Shown here piece after piece: positions 35,237-47,519 of a stretch of DNA of 64,000 bases (within the stretch, counting starts at the first letter, position 1; each line of letters opens with the position of its first letter). Below the pieces are notes generated by a model that saw only the letters and a list, made by a program, of their open reading frames with translations, was not told the DNA's origin and made no database searches. Source of the stretch: Hormiphora californensis. Its lineage: Eukaryota; Animalia; Ctenophora. The stretch covers positions 558,001 through 622,000 of the forward strand of contig CM035358.1 in the NCBI GenBank assembly GCA_020137815.1. The letters are read 5' to 3'. The translations under genes and the position numbers were made by a program.

Positions 35237-37661
35237 TAATCCATGTGATTTGGGTAAATAATCAGGCCAACCAGGAATTTTGGGGGGGACGGCTAATTCC
35301 TTCACTAATAGTTAGTCTAAGAGGTCCTTATGTACCAAAAAAAAGTTTTAAATCTGAAGTGGTGGGGAAGACCCCTATAATTGGCCTTAATTGGCACTAA
35401 CCGGATATTCCCATAACTTGGCTTAGAAATGGAGTAGAGACAAAAATAAGGACACTAAAATGTGTAGAATCATCACATTATAGGGGGTAGAGACCATTAC
35501 TGAGTCGATATCTCCAATACTAATTGAGATAATTGAGTTAATTGGATAATTCATGCCGCGCATGGTTGCCGAATACAAATCCTCTTAGAATAGGAGTAGA
35601 AATGAAAATAGGGACACTAAACTGTGCAGCGTCCTCGCATTAGTGGGGGTAGACACCCATGAAAAGTTCCTATCTCAATTGGTTAATTGGATAATTGGAT
35701 AATTAGATATGCGCATAGCCGTATTAGCCTATTAGATATTCAGCAGACCATATACGATACCCTGAGACTCTAAGAGCCTCCTACATACCCCTAGTACCCT
35801 CCTAAATACCCTTCAGACCCCGCTAGATACCTCTTACACTCTATTAGATGCCCCTCGAAGCTTCCTAGATAGCCCTTACAGCTCATTGGGTAACCCTTTT
35901 ACCTTCCTATACACCCCTCAGACCCTGCTAGATGCATTTTAGATCTTCCTAGATACCCCTAAAACTCTCCAAGATACACATAAGATACCCCTTAGACCCC
36001 GTTAGATACCCCTAAAATCCTTCTAGATACCCCTCAGATCTTAACATAGATACCCCTAGTACCTTCCTGGGCACCCCTCAGATCTCAGACCATATAAGAT
36101 ACCAATCAAACATCATTAGATACCCCTCACAGCTCCCTAGATACCTTCACAGCTCCTTAGATAGCCATGTTACCCCTCTAGATACGCATCAGACCCTGCT
36201 AGATACATATCAGATCTTGCTAGATACCCCTGAACCCCCAAAGATACCCCCAGAAATCAGAATATACTAGATTCATACCCCCTTAGACACCATTAGATAT
36301 CTGTCAGACCCTTCTAGATACCCTTCAGAGCTTCATACCTGACCCTGGGCCTACTAGATACCCATCACACCCTATTAAATGCCCCTCAAGCAGAGCTTCA
36401 TACCTGACCCTGGGCCTACTAGATACCCATCACACCCTATTAAATGCCCCTCAAGCCTCAAAGCTTCATATACATACCCCTCACAGCTCCTATTAATCCT
36501 ATTAGCCTCCTAGACACCCCTCAGACTTTGATCTACCGAACCCTCCCAAAGGGTATGAGCCATACAACGCAGACCCTGCTAGATACCCCTAAAACCCTCC
36601 AAGATACCTCTCCGACTCTACTATACCCCTTAGACACTATCAGATACCCCTCAGATCCTTCTAGATACCCCTCAGAGCTTCTTAGACACCCCTCAGACCT
36701 CAGAGCGCTATCTAATGGAGGGTTTCAGGGGTATGTGGGTGTCTAGGAGTCTATTAGGGTGTCTAAAAAGCTGTGAGGTGTATCTAGGAAGCTCTTGAGG
36801 GGTGTAATTGGTATCTAGAGGGGTAAAATGGCTATCTAAGGAGCTGTGAGGATATCTTTGAAGATCTGGGGTATCTAGAACGATTTTAGAGGTATCTAAC
36901 GGGGTCTAAGGGGTATCTAGTACAGTCTAATGTGTATCTTGGAGAGTTTTAGGGGTATCTAGGAAGATCTAAAATGCATCTAGCAGGGTCTGAGGGGTGT
37001 ATAGGAAGGTTACCCAATGAGCTGTAAGGGCTATCTAGGAAGCTTCGAGGGGCATCTAATAGATTGTAATAGGTATCTAGCAGGGTCTGAGGGGTAGTTA
37101 GGAGGTTACTAGGGGTATGTAGGAGGCTCTTAGAGTCTCAGGGTATCGTATATAATATGGTCTGCTGAATATCTAATAGGCTAATACGGCTATGCGCATA
37201 TCTAATTATCCAATTATCCAATTAACCAATTGAGATAGGAACTTTTCATGGGTGTCTACCCCCACTAATGCGAGGACGCTGCACAGTTTAGTGTCCCTAT
37301 TTTCATTTCTACTCCTATTCTAAGAGGATTTGTATTCGGCAACCATGCGCGGCATGAATTATCCAATTAACTCAATTATCTCAATTAGTATTGGAGATAT
37401 CGACTCAGTAATGGTCTCTACCCCCTATAATGTGATGATTCTACACATTTTAGTGTCCTTATTTTTGTCTCTACTCCATTTCTAAGCCAAGTTATGGGAA
37501 TATCCAGTTAGTGCCAATTAAGGCCAATTATAGGGGTCTTCCCCACCACTTCAGATTTAAAACTTTTTTTTGGTGTATAAGGACCTCTTAGACTAACTAT
37601 TAGTGAAGGAATTAGCCGTCCCCCCCAAAATTCCTGGTCCTTACCCTAATCACATGGATTA
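35237..37661. mobile_element. Foldback element C (~2.4 kb)
   Basis: Inverted arms (ACCAGGAATTTTGGGGGGGACGGC ... GCCGTCCCCCCCAAAATTCCTGGT) containing two copies of the ~165-bp module seen in element A. Interior of degenerate TAGATACCCCTCAGACC repeats. Confidence 0.85.
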
Positions 37662-37743
37662 CTACATGAATCTTATTTTGAATCTTATTTTGAACCTTAT
37701 TTTATCTAGTCATATCAATCTTCCGTAACACGACTGTAGTAAG

Positions 37744-38382
37744 ATGTACCGGGGTCTCTCCTTTCTGTTCGTGATTGGACTTCTCGAATTTGTGCATTGT
37801 TCTGCAGTCAGTAGAGGTCAGTAGAGCGCACACTGCACAGTATATATGATAAATAGCGATAATAGTTCTACCCCTCTAATAATTTCACTAATTACCTCCC
37901 TACTCTAATTATCTCCCTACTCTTGATATATCTCAGGTTGGTCTCTCACAACACGAATGGAGAAGGTGCAGCTTGACCTGAAATCCCAGAGCCTGTACTT
38001 CACAACTAACTCAGTTGCACAGAGTGATGATAAAGTCGTTGTAGCCATTTATAGCAGTGAAGAAGAGGGTATCGGTAAAATATGGATCAGGTTCCATTCA
38101 AGTGGCGAGTTATTCTTTGTAGAGCATTGTATGGGTGCGTTTAATAAGATCCCTGTGGTGCCCAGTGAAGTACAGCTGAAGACATGGACCATGTCCATGT
38201 CAGACACTGCCCTCACCTTGGTATGCAATGGGGAGACGGTTCTTGAATACGAGTTCGTTAATGGTGTTGAGGAAGGGTGTGCTACAGTGTGGGGTGAAAA
38301 TGTAGAGATAGGATGGATAGAGTTCCAGAATGACATTGCACCCTCGTATTGTTTAGAGGAATGTTCAGGACCTGGTAAGTAA
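37744..38382 (+). CDS. Small secreted beta-rich, Cys-containing protein (lineage-restricted domain); further exons possible
   Basis: Exon 1 is a signal peptide (MYRGLSFLFVIGLLEFVHCSA). Exon 2 from 37937 reads GWSLTTRMEKVQLDL...TNS...C...KTWTM...LVCNGETV...CATVW...IEF. Confidence 0.7.
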
Positions 38383-38612
38383 CTGTAACAGAAACTGGAC
38401 TGATCCTCCATTTCGAAAACCATTTCATGAAATCATTTCCAACTTCTCTCATGAAATCCCGCATGAAACACAACCAGCCTACAGTCGTGAAAACCAAGAT
38501 ATCTTTATCAAATACCTATTACATAGATGACTAAACACAACAGAAAATCACGGATGTGTTATAAAAATAAAATATACCTTTTACTCTTCCAAATCAATAA
38601 AAATATAAACTC

Positions 38613-39906
38613 TCACCTGTCATATCTCGCAGCTAACTCAAAATAAATATTTTCTAACATTTTGTTTCCACCCAAGATCTCCACATTCCCAAGCTCTTCT
38701 ACCACTCGCTCACTAATCATATCACCAGTTACTTTATATCCCGTTTTCACGCCCTCCATTTCCATTTTCACAATCACATCCCCAAACTGCCAAGGCATAT
38801 TCTCATTAATATCGTTAAGAGTCTGATTCTTAAATAACCCCTGTTCTCTCCAGTCTTTGAATTTTACAAAATCATCAGCGTGTATAACAATACTAATTGC
38901 AAGATCCAATGCCCCTCGGCTGATCAGATCATGTACCAATGAGCGAAGAGTAATAGCACTATGCACCTCAAGACCATCAAACTTCTCAAGCATCTCAATA
39001 GCTGTGTGTTCATGTCCACTGTTTACCTAACTCCAGAAGCAGAGAGGAGAAGAACTCCATGTCGATAGTATTGAGAGGTAGGAGAGATTGGAGCATATCT
39101 ATCTGGCCAGTTCTGGCAAAGGCAAGTGTCAATTGTTTGGCAATAGAAGAGGTGAAATAACCCTCTGTTTCCATGCGTTGCTTGCAAGTATCATCAGCTC
39201 CTCCGATTCGCCCCGAACTGCATGGCCCACTAGAGCAGTGCTGAATGATCTGTTAGAAAATCCGTTAAAAGAAGGGGACTTGGTGAAGCTGACCCAACAA
39301 TCTCGCATTTCATTAGTTCTCCCCTCAAGTGCCAGAAACAGGGCAAACCAAGTCAGCTAGTCTCCGATCCGTAGGATTTTGATTGTAGTTGAGTCTGATA
39401 TTGAGCATCTCCATGTCACTGAACACACTCTCCAGGTCAGGCTGCCTCCTCATTTCGTGGATAGCGGAAAGGTAAGCGAAATAGAGGGCTGGATTTACCT
39501 TGTACTTTGACTCCATTAGTTGAAGTAAGACCTGGTCCAATAACTCCTTCCTCTCTTCGGGTGGGGAATATACGAGAGAGGGGCAAACTGACATTAGCTC
39601 TCTGTGAACTGCAGTTGGGTAACACAGGGGTGCCTTCATCACCCTACCAACAACACCCCTCCAATCATCTATCTTCCAAATCAAACTCCCCTTGTTGGCA
39701 AGTCGTTTGGTTTCAGGTAGCTGGAGTTCATAAATCGTGTTTCCTCCCTGCCTCCTCTGGTCCCTATTCTGTTTGTACATGTAAAATGAGAGAGTTTTGA
39801 TAATGTCAGTGTCCAGGGTGATGTTTTCAGCTACGGGTTCCACTGTTCGAAAATCGGAGACTGACCGACGGGCCATTTGAAGGAAATAGCGGTAGTTTAC
39901 AGCCAT
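38613..39906 (-). pseudogene. Intronless helical-repeat (PPR/LRPPRC-like) mitochondrial-type protein gene broken by ~3 frameshifts
   Basis: Presequence-like start MAVNYRYFLQMARRS. Helical motifs such as NPALYFAYLSAI and FSTALVGHAVRGESEE. Coding-like reading continues across frame changes near 39360, 39150 and 39028 into ORF 38613-38993. Confidence 0.5.
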
Positions 39907-39965
39907 CTCTACCTAGTGAACTGATGTGTTAATAGATGATAGAGTTATTTCGGTCTTTAAATGTA

Positions 39966-40744
39966 GGGTAAACCGGGGCAAAATGGTTAACTTTTCACTT
40001 AATCGGTTCTCACTCCCATTTAAAAAAAGATACAATGAAAAAAATTATATAGGATTAAAGTTCATTATTTTATCTTTCAAATAAGATAAATTTCAACTCT
40101 AGGGACCATCATTTACTTTACTAAATAACTAATTTAAAAATTTTGGTCGGAAAAAATGGTACCGGGGCAATTCGGACAACACCAATAGGAGTGCTTTATT
40201 TCGTCACGTGGGAGTCACGTGAACGTCCTCACAACACCAGAAGAAGATTCCCGCCTGGTGTTGTTAGAGGTGGGGGCAATTCGAACAATGTAATCTACAC
40301 GCAATCTACACGCTGGTCGTTCTTGCTCGAATTGCCCCGGTATCACGCGTGATCACGTGGTACAAAGAACTGCACATCATTGGCCCGGGAATTAACCAAA
40401 TTGCCCCGGTGTGTTAACCAAATTGCCCATGTTCGAATTGCCCCGGTTGTTCGAATTGCCCCGGTAATCTTAATTTACCAGAATTTGGAATGAAAACATG
40501 CGAATATTTAAATAATTTTTATACCATCTGAAAGCTAATATTATTAGCTTTCAGCTGGTTTTTTCAAATCGGAAATTGACCAACTTAAACCGGATCTAGA
40601 GCCTATTTAGTGGTAACGGGCAGGCTCGAACGAGCAGTTTTCTTCTGGAGATAGGATGACGTCATTATGATAGCTTAACTAGGTGAGAGACGGGCAGTAC
40701 TATGTTCGAATTGCCCCGGTTGTTCGAATTGCCCCGGTTTACCC
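39966..40744. mobile_element. MITE with TA TSD and subterminal repeats
   Basis: TA|GGGTAAACCGGGGCAA ... TTGCCCCGGTTTACCC|TA, with many internal (GTTCG)AATTGCCCCGGT copies. Confidence 0.85.
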
Positions 40745-40762
40745 TATATATACCGCAGTATA

Positions 40763-41140
40763 CTCCATTTTTTTTCAACTGTTCACCCCCCAAAGTCGTG
40801 CGCGGAATTGTTTTGCGCGTTTATCACATGTTAACGTGTAGCGCGCGCCACCCAAATTCTAATTTTTATCAAATTTCAGTTTTTGGGTGAACAGTTGAAA
40901 AAAAATGGACTTTATAGTCTGATTTTAAATAACTGTCGTTTTTTAGAGTTTTCAACTTTCTTTAAATGACCATAAGTCCGGTTCCTGATGAGATATAGAC
41001 TTGAAATTTGGAGGTTACGAAGATCTTGCTAAGTTCTTCCGAACCTCCAAATTTCAAGTCTCTATCTTATCAGGAACCAGAGATATGACAAATTTTGTTA
41101 TTTCAGGGGGGTGACAGTTTCAAAAAATCCGACTTTAGTT
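40763..41140. repeat. Two adjacent short inverted-repeat elements
   Basis: TCCATTTTTTTTCAACTGTTCACCC...GGGTGAACAGTTGAAAAAAAATGGA (40764-40909) and GGTTCCTGAT...GACTTGAAATTTGGAGGTT...AACCTCCAAATTTCAAGTC...ATCAGGAACC (40980-41078). Confidence 0.75.
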
Positions 41141-41573
41141 TGTACTTTGTCCTAAATTGGACCGAAACTGGTTTCAAAAACAAAAAAACGCACTTTTTGT
41201 AATAAAGTTTATTTTCAGAACGCAACTTTTGAAAACAGCAATCAATTTGAGCCGCGCCGCGCGTCAAAATGCCCAGTAGAAAGATCAAAATCGCGGACTC
41301 CGTTCGATACTTTCGACCAAAATTTACAATTTAAACATGTTTATTTTCTTCTAACCAAAAAGGATAACGCCCACACTATCATATTTACAGACTAAAATTG
41401 CTCAAATAAAATCGTTAAATAACGGAGAAAAAGAAGGAGGGTCTCGGAATGTTCCAGACAACAGGAACATGTTGTAATCGTTGTTATTGCTACAACTCAG
41501 TGTCTGTGTTTTTAGTGTTCTCGCGGCGTCTGCTTTAGAGGGTCAGGGGAGGGAAAGGAGCGAGAGTTCAGCG

Positions 41574-44500
41574 TCACTGGAACGCCTGCAGTCCGGTAAT
41601 AGCTCTACCAATAATCAGGGCGTGGATATCGTGTGTGCCTAAGGGGGGAGGGGGGTATTAGTAACATTGAATACGCCGGGACAATTTAATGTAATTTACA
41701 GACTATGCCCTATTGCATTTGACCGTTTAATTTGTAGTTATAATTTACCTTCGTATGTATTGACAGATTCCAGGTTCAGGACATGTCGAATAATGTGGTA
41801 CTCATCAGATATCCCATTACCTGAAATAACATAATTAATTAGGGCATAAACAATCACGCGGCACCGGTGTGTATATGACATGTTAACACAGAATGGGTGT
41901 AAACAATGTCACATACAAGGATGATATCACGTGACACATCAGAATGCTAACGCGCATGGCTCGATGTACTTTTTACACAACAGACAAGCCGCGCGTTACT
42001 GCGTTGTTGTAGGTTTAGAATAGCGCCTGATAATGATAACACCATCAGTTCATGTGACGGGACAGACACGCTATTTCTACTGTTCTATATTTCTAGATAT
42101 TGTCGGTATATTTGGAACCCCTCCCATCCCCAGTTCCGAATGAATGATTGTGATATTACCTCCAAGGATGTCTCTGCACTCTCGCGCAATGTCCAGGGCG
42201 TTTCCACAGTTGTTTCTCTTCATCATAGATATCATCTCAGGAGCTGCCCTGTAAATAGAAAGTGGTAGAGGTTAGTGTCGGAGACAGAGGTAGTAGAAGT
42301 GAAATTTATATCCTAATTCCTGTATCAGTTCGAGTGATTACAAGATTACAAGATGTGGCCTGTGGGATCAGGGATTTAGGATTGAGTACCCTGGGAGTAG
42401 AGAGAATTACTTACATTCCCTCATCCTTTAGTCTGCCCAACTGAATACACCCCTGTAACCCCAGAGCTATCCGGGTCGAGATATCAGCGAATTTCTTCTG
42501 AATTAGCTGGTTCTTTGCTAGAGGTTTGCCGAACTGTTGTCTGTCCAGTGTGTACTGTAGAGCTGTATCAAAACATGCTTCAGCGGCACCCATAGTGCCC
42601 CACGCAATACCAAACCGAGCATTATTCAGACAACCGAAGGGACCCTGAGGGAATAAGGAAATTAAATTACATGTGACCCAAATACCCACATGTGAGTCAC
42701 TATCACACAGTAACTTAAATTTTGAGTTCAATGTTCATACTCGTTATTTCATTTCTCATTGTCTACGTAGCTACTCAAAACACTCCCACCACATACCCCG
42801 AGCCCGTCTATTTTAGGTAGGAGGTTTCCAGCAGGTATCCTAACATCGTCCATTGCAATTTGCCCAGTTACACTGGCCCTCAGGGAGAACTTGCCCTCAA
42901 TCTTGGGTGTAGTCAACCCTTCCATTCCTGGAAAGAGAGGATCACTTGTTGCAGTAGTGGTTCATTAGTTTCAGGTAGAAGTTTAGGGAGACCAGAGGAA
43001 AAAATAACAATTGAACATGGTTATTACCTCGTTCCAGTACGAATCCCTTGATCCTTCCATTACACCGGGCCCACACAACAAACACATCAGCAATAGGTGA
43101 GTTGCTTATCCTGTGCAGGGAGAGAATGGGTTAATAATCGAGAGAATACACGTATATGAAATAAGTTGCGAAATCTCCCTCTTAGCATTTTATAGAACTA
43201 TGAATGAGATGGGAGGCTAGATGAGTTAGTTGAATTAGTTAGAGTGGATTCAATTATCTGGCATTGTCTGTGAGATCTAAAGGATACCAGATGTCCCTCA
43301 TTTGAACACCATGATTGTCCTTGTTACGTTGATATGTTGCCTCCTGGTAGAGGGAGTGGTGGCGACCAACCTCCGACTATCTATCAATAGGTCAGTAGTG
43401 TGACAAAGTGTGACAAATGACCGAGACAAAGAGTTAGTAACTGACAACTTTCCCTAGTGATTATCTGCGCCATATTGAGGAGGTATCAGACCAGCTACTG
43501 AAGGGAATGGAACCCGTTCTAAAAGGACAAACCTTCCCTGGCTCTGAAGGTAGGTGTCCCATGATGTCTCTGAGATCCACTAACTTACTGATCTTCAGAT
43601 CTTCTCAAACCTTTTCTACCACTTGTTTTACCCAAATATAGGGACGGTATACAAGATTGATAACCTGAAGCTGGAGACCATCTCACTGGGTCACAGTTCT
43701 GGGTCTCTAACTGATGGGATACTGACACTTCGTCTAAATAACGCCTCCGCTAATATTACAGGAGACTGGGAGGCTTACTCTTTCTGGACTACAACAGGTG
43801 ACATGGAAGGAATTTAATATTAGGTTGTCCCAGAAATAATGTCATGTCCCGATTTCTCCAACTTAGCCTATCGATTTCGATTTGAAACTTTTCTAGCTTG
43901 TTCATTTAACCCTTGACTCTATAAAACAAATGTTTGTTTTGAAAAAATTGGTTTTTGACGCGCCCTGGTGAACCCGGAAACAAGCGAGCTAAAATTTCCG
44001 CTGAACGAAAAATATGCGCATGTTAAAAACACTGCTGTACTTTTTCAGATAAGTATCTGTAAAATATTTCACTACACCATTCTTGTTTATTGGACAATTT
44101 TCTATCGTTTGAGTGGTGGATGAAGACACAGGTCCCACTCATTGCTGAGCTATGGAGCTCCAAAAAACTTTGGTCAAAATCAGAAATTTTGACTTCCGGG
44201 TCACTTCAGGTATCAGCGGATTGACTTACAAGAATTATTTTAACAGCTATTAATAGTCCCAACTAAGCTCTTAGCCTTGGAGATGCTGAATGTTTGATTT
44301 TGTAAGGTTTTGATTTGAAAGTTTGAAGTTTTTGAAAGTAGCCATAAAACAGGTCAAAATTTAGGGTAAATTTTTGGATTTTTTCGCTTTTTTGCGGCAT
44401 ATAAGCTTTGCCTGACGCTTTCATAGGTTGCGTCGAGACTAAAATCGCACAGATGTATAAACTGTGGACGATGGGCTATCTTTTGGTGCCATTTGGAATT

Positions 44501-47354
44501 CTGAAAACTCAAATGGCTTTTCTCCAGCGACGTTTATAGAAATGCAAAACTCCCGTTCAGCGGCAACCCGACTTAGGGTATCACAATACCCAATTATGGG
44601 CAGGTGAAATCCTCATTCGAGATTCAAGACACGTTCCTGAGCTAAGAATCGTCTAATTGACAAGATAGGACCGGTTAGAACTCTCTAACTCATGTATTTC
44701 TTCTAAATATCGGTACATGACATTATTTCTGGGACAACCTAATATTTGATTCGACGTTATTCCTGAGTCCTGATAAATGTCAGAAGCTAACTAAACCTAA
44801 ACATATACATGTATATAACCCCTTGAACCCATGTTCAGGTGACCTAACCCTATGGATGGCAGGTGATATGGAGATGAACATCACAGTTGGTACTGATAAC
44901 CTGTTCAACATGTCTGATTGTAAAGTTATCTTCTCTGAAACAGATCTTGATCTTAAGAAGAGCTCTGTCAACTGGCTGGTGAGTAAGTGGCTCTTTTAGT
45001 AGACAACATTAAAATCCAGAGATATAAGTCAGCTTTAGACAATCATCTAACAGTAAACTTCAGAGATATTAGCGATCAATATCTCTCCATTTTCTACTTT
45101 CCACGTCTCTCTACTGACTATAACTTCTGCCCTCTACTGACAACTAATTTCCCAGGTTCCCCTACTCCTGCCCACTGTTCAATCTACTACTGAAGCCCAG
45201 CTGTGTTCCCTCCTCGGTGACACACTGGTTAACAAGACCAATAATGTCATAGTGTCCCTGCCTGAGGAGGTGGAGGCTCCTGGAGGGAAGGTACCAGTCA
45301 AACTGGAGGGTGTTGAAATTGAAGACAACTCACTAGAGCTACTAGTTCATGTTGGAGAGGGGGAGGATGCTGAACTCATGGGATTTGAGGGTATGTTCCA
45401 GGATGCCTGTATTCAACTGAGGGAGGAGGCAGCTCAGGCTCTCTCTAGAATCTTCCTACCCCCTGGTACCATCACATCAACTATCAACATAGTTGATCTG
45501 TTGTACGGAGAGAAGGCTACCACAGACCATGTTGACCTGAATATACAGAATAATGGTACCCTCCGAGTTGGGTTCAAGTCAGGTAACAAGGTCCTAGCAG
45601 CTACTGCTGTAGCTGTTGAGGTGGTGATCCCTTCTGAGGATACCTCTCTGGGTAACATCAGGATGGGGGCCATGGGGGAGTTCAAATGTGAGGACCAGGG
45701 GAGGACTCATGTGTTGCAGTATGCAGTTAATAGGTTGGTAACTGCTAACAAACATGTCACGGTCAGTGGGTTTAATCTGGCGACAGGAGAGAGGGTGTTA
45801 GTGGGTTGTGGAGGAGTGAAGGCTCAGCAGGGTTGGGTGGATGAGATGGTGAAGGCTATACAGGAATCACTGGCTGCTTAATGTTATTGTAATCAACCAT
45901 TTGACATTTCCCATATTTGGATGTGAATTTGAACTGTTTTGGTTTTTTTTGTAGTATCAAACTTTACAAACTCAATACTGTTCACAACAAACTGAGCTCT
46001 GTCTCTCTGCTCTTTCTCAGTTCGCTGTTTCACTGACCATGTCTTTGTGCCGTTTAGAACGTACTCTCCAGTACCAGCATCGAACACAGCATTAGTCTCC
46101 ATACCAGCAGGGTCGGAACCGTGGTTAGGTTCCGTCAAACCAAACGCTCCTATTAGCTCACCACTCGCTGGAATGGGATGGGAATTAGAGGGGAATACCG
46201 GATAGGAATTGAAAATCACCGCAAACAAATGTTCATTTGCCATGCTAGTCTCTCAGTGTCTAGAATGAGCCCTAGCTCCACTCACCTAATCGAGGGAGAT
46301 ATTTGTCCTTCAAGGCCTCAGTTCCATACGCATAGATAGGCCACATAACAAGGGAGCTTTGAACGCTCATAGCACTACGGTATCCACTATCGACCCTCTC
46401 AATCTCTCGTGTAATGAGACCATACGCTACTGAGCTGGTACCAGCACAACCATACCTGGGGGAGATGGGATGTGTAAATTGGAATAGTTGCAGGATGTGT
46501 AGTTGGTAAATCAAGATAGAGAAACTGATGAATAACTGTTGTAAAATCAAGAATGCGGTTTAGTCATTTACTAACCCCTGAATGGTGGGTCCCAGGACTC
46601 CCAGTTCACCCAGATCCTTGAAGAATGACTTATCGAAAGTTTCATTCCTGAACTCCTGAGTTACTCGAGACATCAGTTTATCCTGACAGTACTCATACAT
46701 CTGATCTCTGAAGGGTATAGTCAGTAGTAGATAGTCAGTAACAGTGGTCTCTGAAGGGGATTGGATGATGGAGTTAGGAGCACGCTGAAAGTGCTGTTGG
46801 AGGTGTTCGAGAATTCCACTCGACATAAGTCAACAAACAACAGTGATATCCAGGAGACCCCGTTCTAACCTGATCATTTTCTCCTCCTCAGTCAGGAGAC
46901 TGTCCAGACTCAGAGGGTCCGCTTTGTTAAAGGACACGTAAGGTGACTTGTACCTCTCAGTCTGAAATACAAATTACAATTAAATTACAAATTTAGTTAA
47001 ACCTCCCAATATAATAATACTGTCTAAAGTGCGTTTCAAACGACTTGACCTGAGATTCCTGGAAATTCAGGATTTCCCCTTTGTAAATACACGCGCAATG
47101 CGCCAAATTCCAAGAATTACGGGTCAAGTCGCTTGAAACGGACTTTAGTGTCGGGATATTACGTCTAAATAGACCGCTCTATAGAAGCTGTGAACACGGT
47201 CAACACCAGTACCTATCCCATTACAACTCACATCTGACGATGCTGCTACTGCAGGCTGGCCACTATTAGCAGTCGTTCCTGTAGAGGAAACAGTTCGGGA
47301 TAGCACTCGACCAAAGGAGGCCGCCAATCTTGGGATGTTCTGCTGCAGGGCCAT
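41574..47354 (-). CDS. GCDH: Glutaryl-CoA dehydrogenase, mitochondrial (about 11 exons)
   Basis: [130 protein letters not shown]. Confidence 0.97.
43311..45881 (+). CDS. LBP/BPI/CETP (TULIP) family secreted lipid-binding protein, nested antisense in a GCDH intron
   Basis: Signal peptide [15 protein letters not shown], then [21 protein letters not shown]...[28 protein letters not shown]...VNWL and QLCSLL...VSLP. Five phase-compatible exons: 43311-43389, ~43458-43549, ~43642-43798, 44839-~44978, ~45156-45881. Confidence 0.75.
43820..44742. mobile_element. Tc1/mariner-type non-autonomous element (~920 bp) in an intron of the nested BPI-like gene
   Basis: TA|TTAGGTTGTCCCAGAAATAATGTCATGT ... ACATGACATTATTTCTGGGACAACCTAA|TA. 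Confidence 0.9.
47027..47145 (+). mobile_element. 119-bp MITE, TA TSD (GCDH intron 1)
   Basis: TA|AAGTGCGTTTCAAACGACTTGACC...GGTCAAGTCGCTTGAAACGGACTT|TA. Two more copies at 49016-49319. Confidence 0.92.
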
Positions 47355-47519
47355 CTCGCCTAGTAACAAGTGGGGTGGTTAGTGGGAGAGAAGTTACAAT
47401 AATAGCAAATTACAAAGTTTGTCAAAAATGTGTAAAATCTGAGTTTAAAAAACAGCGATTCATCAAACATTCTACTAACAAGTGTGACTGCATATTATTC
47501 ATCATGTGTGTGTATAAGT

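Noticed and set aside
40984-41010. CTGATGAG...GAAA as a hammerhead ribozyme core
   Set aside because: No pairing stem II (G...C) and no stem III/cleavage triplet. It is part of a DNA hairpin repeat.
43799-44838. MITE disrupting the BPI-like coding sequence
   Set aside because: A phase-compatible GT-AG intron (ACAG|GTGAC ... TTCAG|GTGAC) removes it cleanly.
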